IMG/VR virus record: IMGVR_UViG_3300027301_000003
Location: 1-64,000 of that record
DNA: 64,000 nucleotides
Reading direction: 5' to 3' (one strand)
Origin: a virus
The translations under genes and the position numbers were made by a program. Positions within the stretch are counted from its first letter, which is position 1, and every line of letters begins with the position of its first letter. The notes under the pieces were generated by a model. The model was not told the origin of the DNA, searched no databases, and saw nothing but the letters and a program-made list of their open reading frames with translations. Positions 62,390 to 64,000 of the stretch are shown here, piece by piece.

Positions 62390-63613
62390 TTACTTAGTTA
62401 CTTGCTTGGCTTTAAGTAATTTTGCCACAGCAGATTCTTTAACAGCGGTTTCTTCTTGAACGGAAGCACCTTTTTCTACGAACATCTCAGATTTTTCAAC
62501 AGTAGTCATCATTGCTTCCATAGCAGCGAGGAATGCTGTAAAATCATCTTCGGATTCTAGAGATAGAGCAGCCTTAGCGATTGCTTCTACCTTGCTCTCG
62601 TCTTTAACGATTGCTTTAACTTTTTCAGTTTTCGCTTTATTGATAGCTTCTTTTTTCTCAGCTTCAAATTGAGCGATTGTTTCCATAGCTTTTTGTAGTT
62701 GTACCTTCTGCTCATCTAGAGCTTTTTGTACAAGTTCAAATTGAGCTTTTTCAACGGTTTCGACTTTAACTTCGTCTTCCATCTTGGTTTTCTCCAATTC
62801 TTCTTTGTTAACAGAGGTAGACACCCCTTCAATATTCTCAACGCCAGCGTTTGTTGAGGTATCATTACCGTCTGCGGAAGCAGCAGGTGCAGATTCTTTT
62901 GTAAGAGACTTCTTGATCTTAGTAAGAGTACTAGCCTTGTGACCAACCAAAGTTTCAGTAGGTTCACCATCTCTGTAAATTCTAATTAGAGCAGCAGGGT
63001 TCTCTGCAGTAGCATTAATGCTAAACTCAGTACCGGGAACACCCAAAGTACCTTCGGTCATTACATGTTCAATTTTACCACTGGCTTTACCACCACTTGA
63101 GTTCCATTGCACCATGTCACCAGTTTTAGGCTTATATGCTTTTTGTAATTCTTCAAATGCTTTTTCGACTCGCTCTTGGTCGTTGAGCATTGCTAGATAT
63201 TCTGTTTCATCCAAAGAAGATAGTACATCAGCTAGACTTTCAGCTTCATGTGCGGATTTCAAAATCTCGAAAGCTTCCATCTTGGACTGAATGTAATCTT
63301 CGTAGCTTTCCATTGGTTCAGAATAGTCTTCAGATTCAGGCTTCTCGTAACCCATCATACGAGCTAGGACTTCAACGTCATCACCGTACATTCCAAAGAA
63401 CTTACGCAAGAAATCAGGTAGTTCCATAGTTACACGAACTTGTTGCATCTTTTGTACAAACTCTTCACTGAACTTATTGCTTTTTAACACAAGTGCATAG
63501 TCGTGTGTATTAGCTGGACCACCTTGTTGCTTTGAAGTCAGAGCTACGTGAGCACCTTCTTTTTCAAAACTAATATCGGATAGTTTTCTTTTAGCTTTTC
63601 GTTGTGTTGCCAT
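62390..63613 (-). CDS. capsid scaffold protein with inserted Tudor-like (HVA1/DUF2945-type) domain
   Basis: Acidic coiled coils; GDMVQWNSSGG..G.I...LVGHK.STL. Confidence 0.7.
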   Translation of the reverse strand: MATQRKAKRKLSDISFEKEGAHVALTSKQQGGPANTHDYALVLKSNKFSEEFVQKMQQVRVTMELPDFLRKFFGMYGDDVEVLARMMGYEKPESEDYSEPMESYEDYIQSKMEAFEILKSAHEAESLADVLSSLDETEYLAMLNDQERVEKAFEELQKAYKPKTGDMVQWNSSGGKASGKIEHVMTEGTLGVPGTEFSINATAENPAALIRIYRDGEPTETLVGHKASTLTKIKKSLTKESAPAASADGNDTSTNAGVENIEGVSTSVNKEELEKTKMEDEVKVETVEKAQFELVQKALDEQKVQLQKAMETIAQFEAEKKEAINKAKTEKVKAIVKDESKVEAIAKAALSLESEDDFTAFLAAMEAMMTTVEKSEMFVEKGASVQEETAVKESAVAKLLKAKQVTK

Positions 63614-63615
63614 TA

Positions 63616-64000
63616 TTAATCATCCTCTTCGATTGATTCGACAGATGCTAAAGCACCAATACTCAAACCATTAATTTCACCAGACTTGATTAATTCCCAT
63701 AGATTATCATCTAAGGATTGAATAGTAGCTAACCAAGTACCTTTTTTTACGAATTTATCACCCAATACAAAGTCAGTTGGGCAGCAGTAACTTTCACAGA
63801 ATTCAAAGGTATCGGTTTCAACTAAATGAAACAAGTTAGCTTTCATGCTGTATTTATTAAAGTTATGACAAGCTTTACGAACTTCAGCTTCACTGGTTAC
63901 ATCACCGTGAGCATCAATTTCCTCTGGAACCATTACAATAAATGTAGCTTGCCTTAGTTCCTCATCAACTGCTTTTGTAATCGGAAGCTTTACTCCCGGT
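63616..64000 (-). CDS. XkdF-like prohead protease, 5' end outside the window
   Basis: P..IDAHGD, N.FH, GTW, W..IKSGEING.SIG. Confidence 0.8.
   Translation of the reverse strand, partial: PGVKLPITKAVDEELRQATFIVMVPEEIDAHGDVTSEAEVRKACHNFNKYSMKANLFHLVETDTFEFCESYCCPTDFVLGDKFVKKGTWLATIQSLDDNLWELIKSGEINGLSIGALASVESIEEDD

Noticed and set aside
2354-63429. Many antisense or out-of-frame ORFs in the track (e.g. 2354..2704, 17316..17660, 47176..47448, 56557..56895)
   Set aside because: They shadow well-supported genes and lack RBS or motifs; only Rz1 (36409..36654) has independent support.
1-64000. Stop-codon reassignment or prophage status
   Set aside because: Long genes are intact under the standard code, there is no suppressor tRNA, and no integrase, repressor or host genes are present.

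Overview
A 64-kb segment of a lytic, long-tailed (siphovirus-type) dsDNA phage. No integrase, CRISPR array or rRNA is present, and portal/terminase lie outside the window. Layout: (1) 1-1.3 kb, very AT-rich, GATC-free small genes on the minus strand, separated by RNA-type hairpins. (2) 1.4-2.24 kb, non-coding and packed with apparent host-protein binding sites: two sigma54 -24/-12 motifs, six DnaA-type boxes, a 16-bp-period palindrome array, a 20-bp-period operator-like array and A-tracts. This resembles the T5 first-step-transfer/injection-stop arrangement. (3) 2.25-15.7 kb, minus-strand early and nucleotide/RNA-repair genes (SleB hydrolase, HU, thyX, phosphoesterase, HNH, Rnl1 ligase, kinase, two deaminases). 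(4) 15.9-35.8 kb, plus-strand replication arm (DNA ligase, Rnl2-type ligase, primase-helicase, family-B-like polymerase, SSB, exo/endonucleases, NTP pyrophosphatases, nrdB/nrdA, thioredoxin). This arm contains a tRNA-bounded island with an unrecognised ~300-nt structured RNA, a nucleotidyltransferase-like gene, two paralogous small genes and a CCA-ended tRNA-like RNA. (5) 35.9-64 kb, minus-strand lysis, tail and head genes, including a 2869-aa fused NlpC/P60-tail tip protein and a tail chaperone that appears to need a +1 frameshift at UUU_CGA. The best candidates for an undescribed system are the ncRNA/nucleotidyltransferase/tRNA-like island (23.7-26.05 kb) and the host-factor site array (1.5-2.2 kb). 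All calls come from motif reading by eye; no database search or folding program was run.
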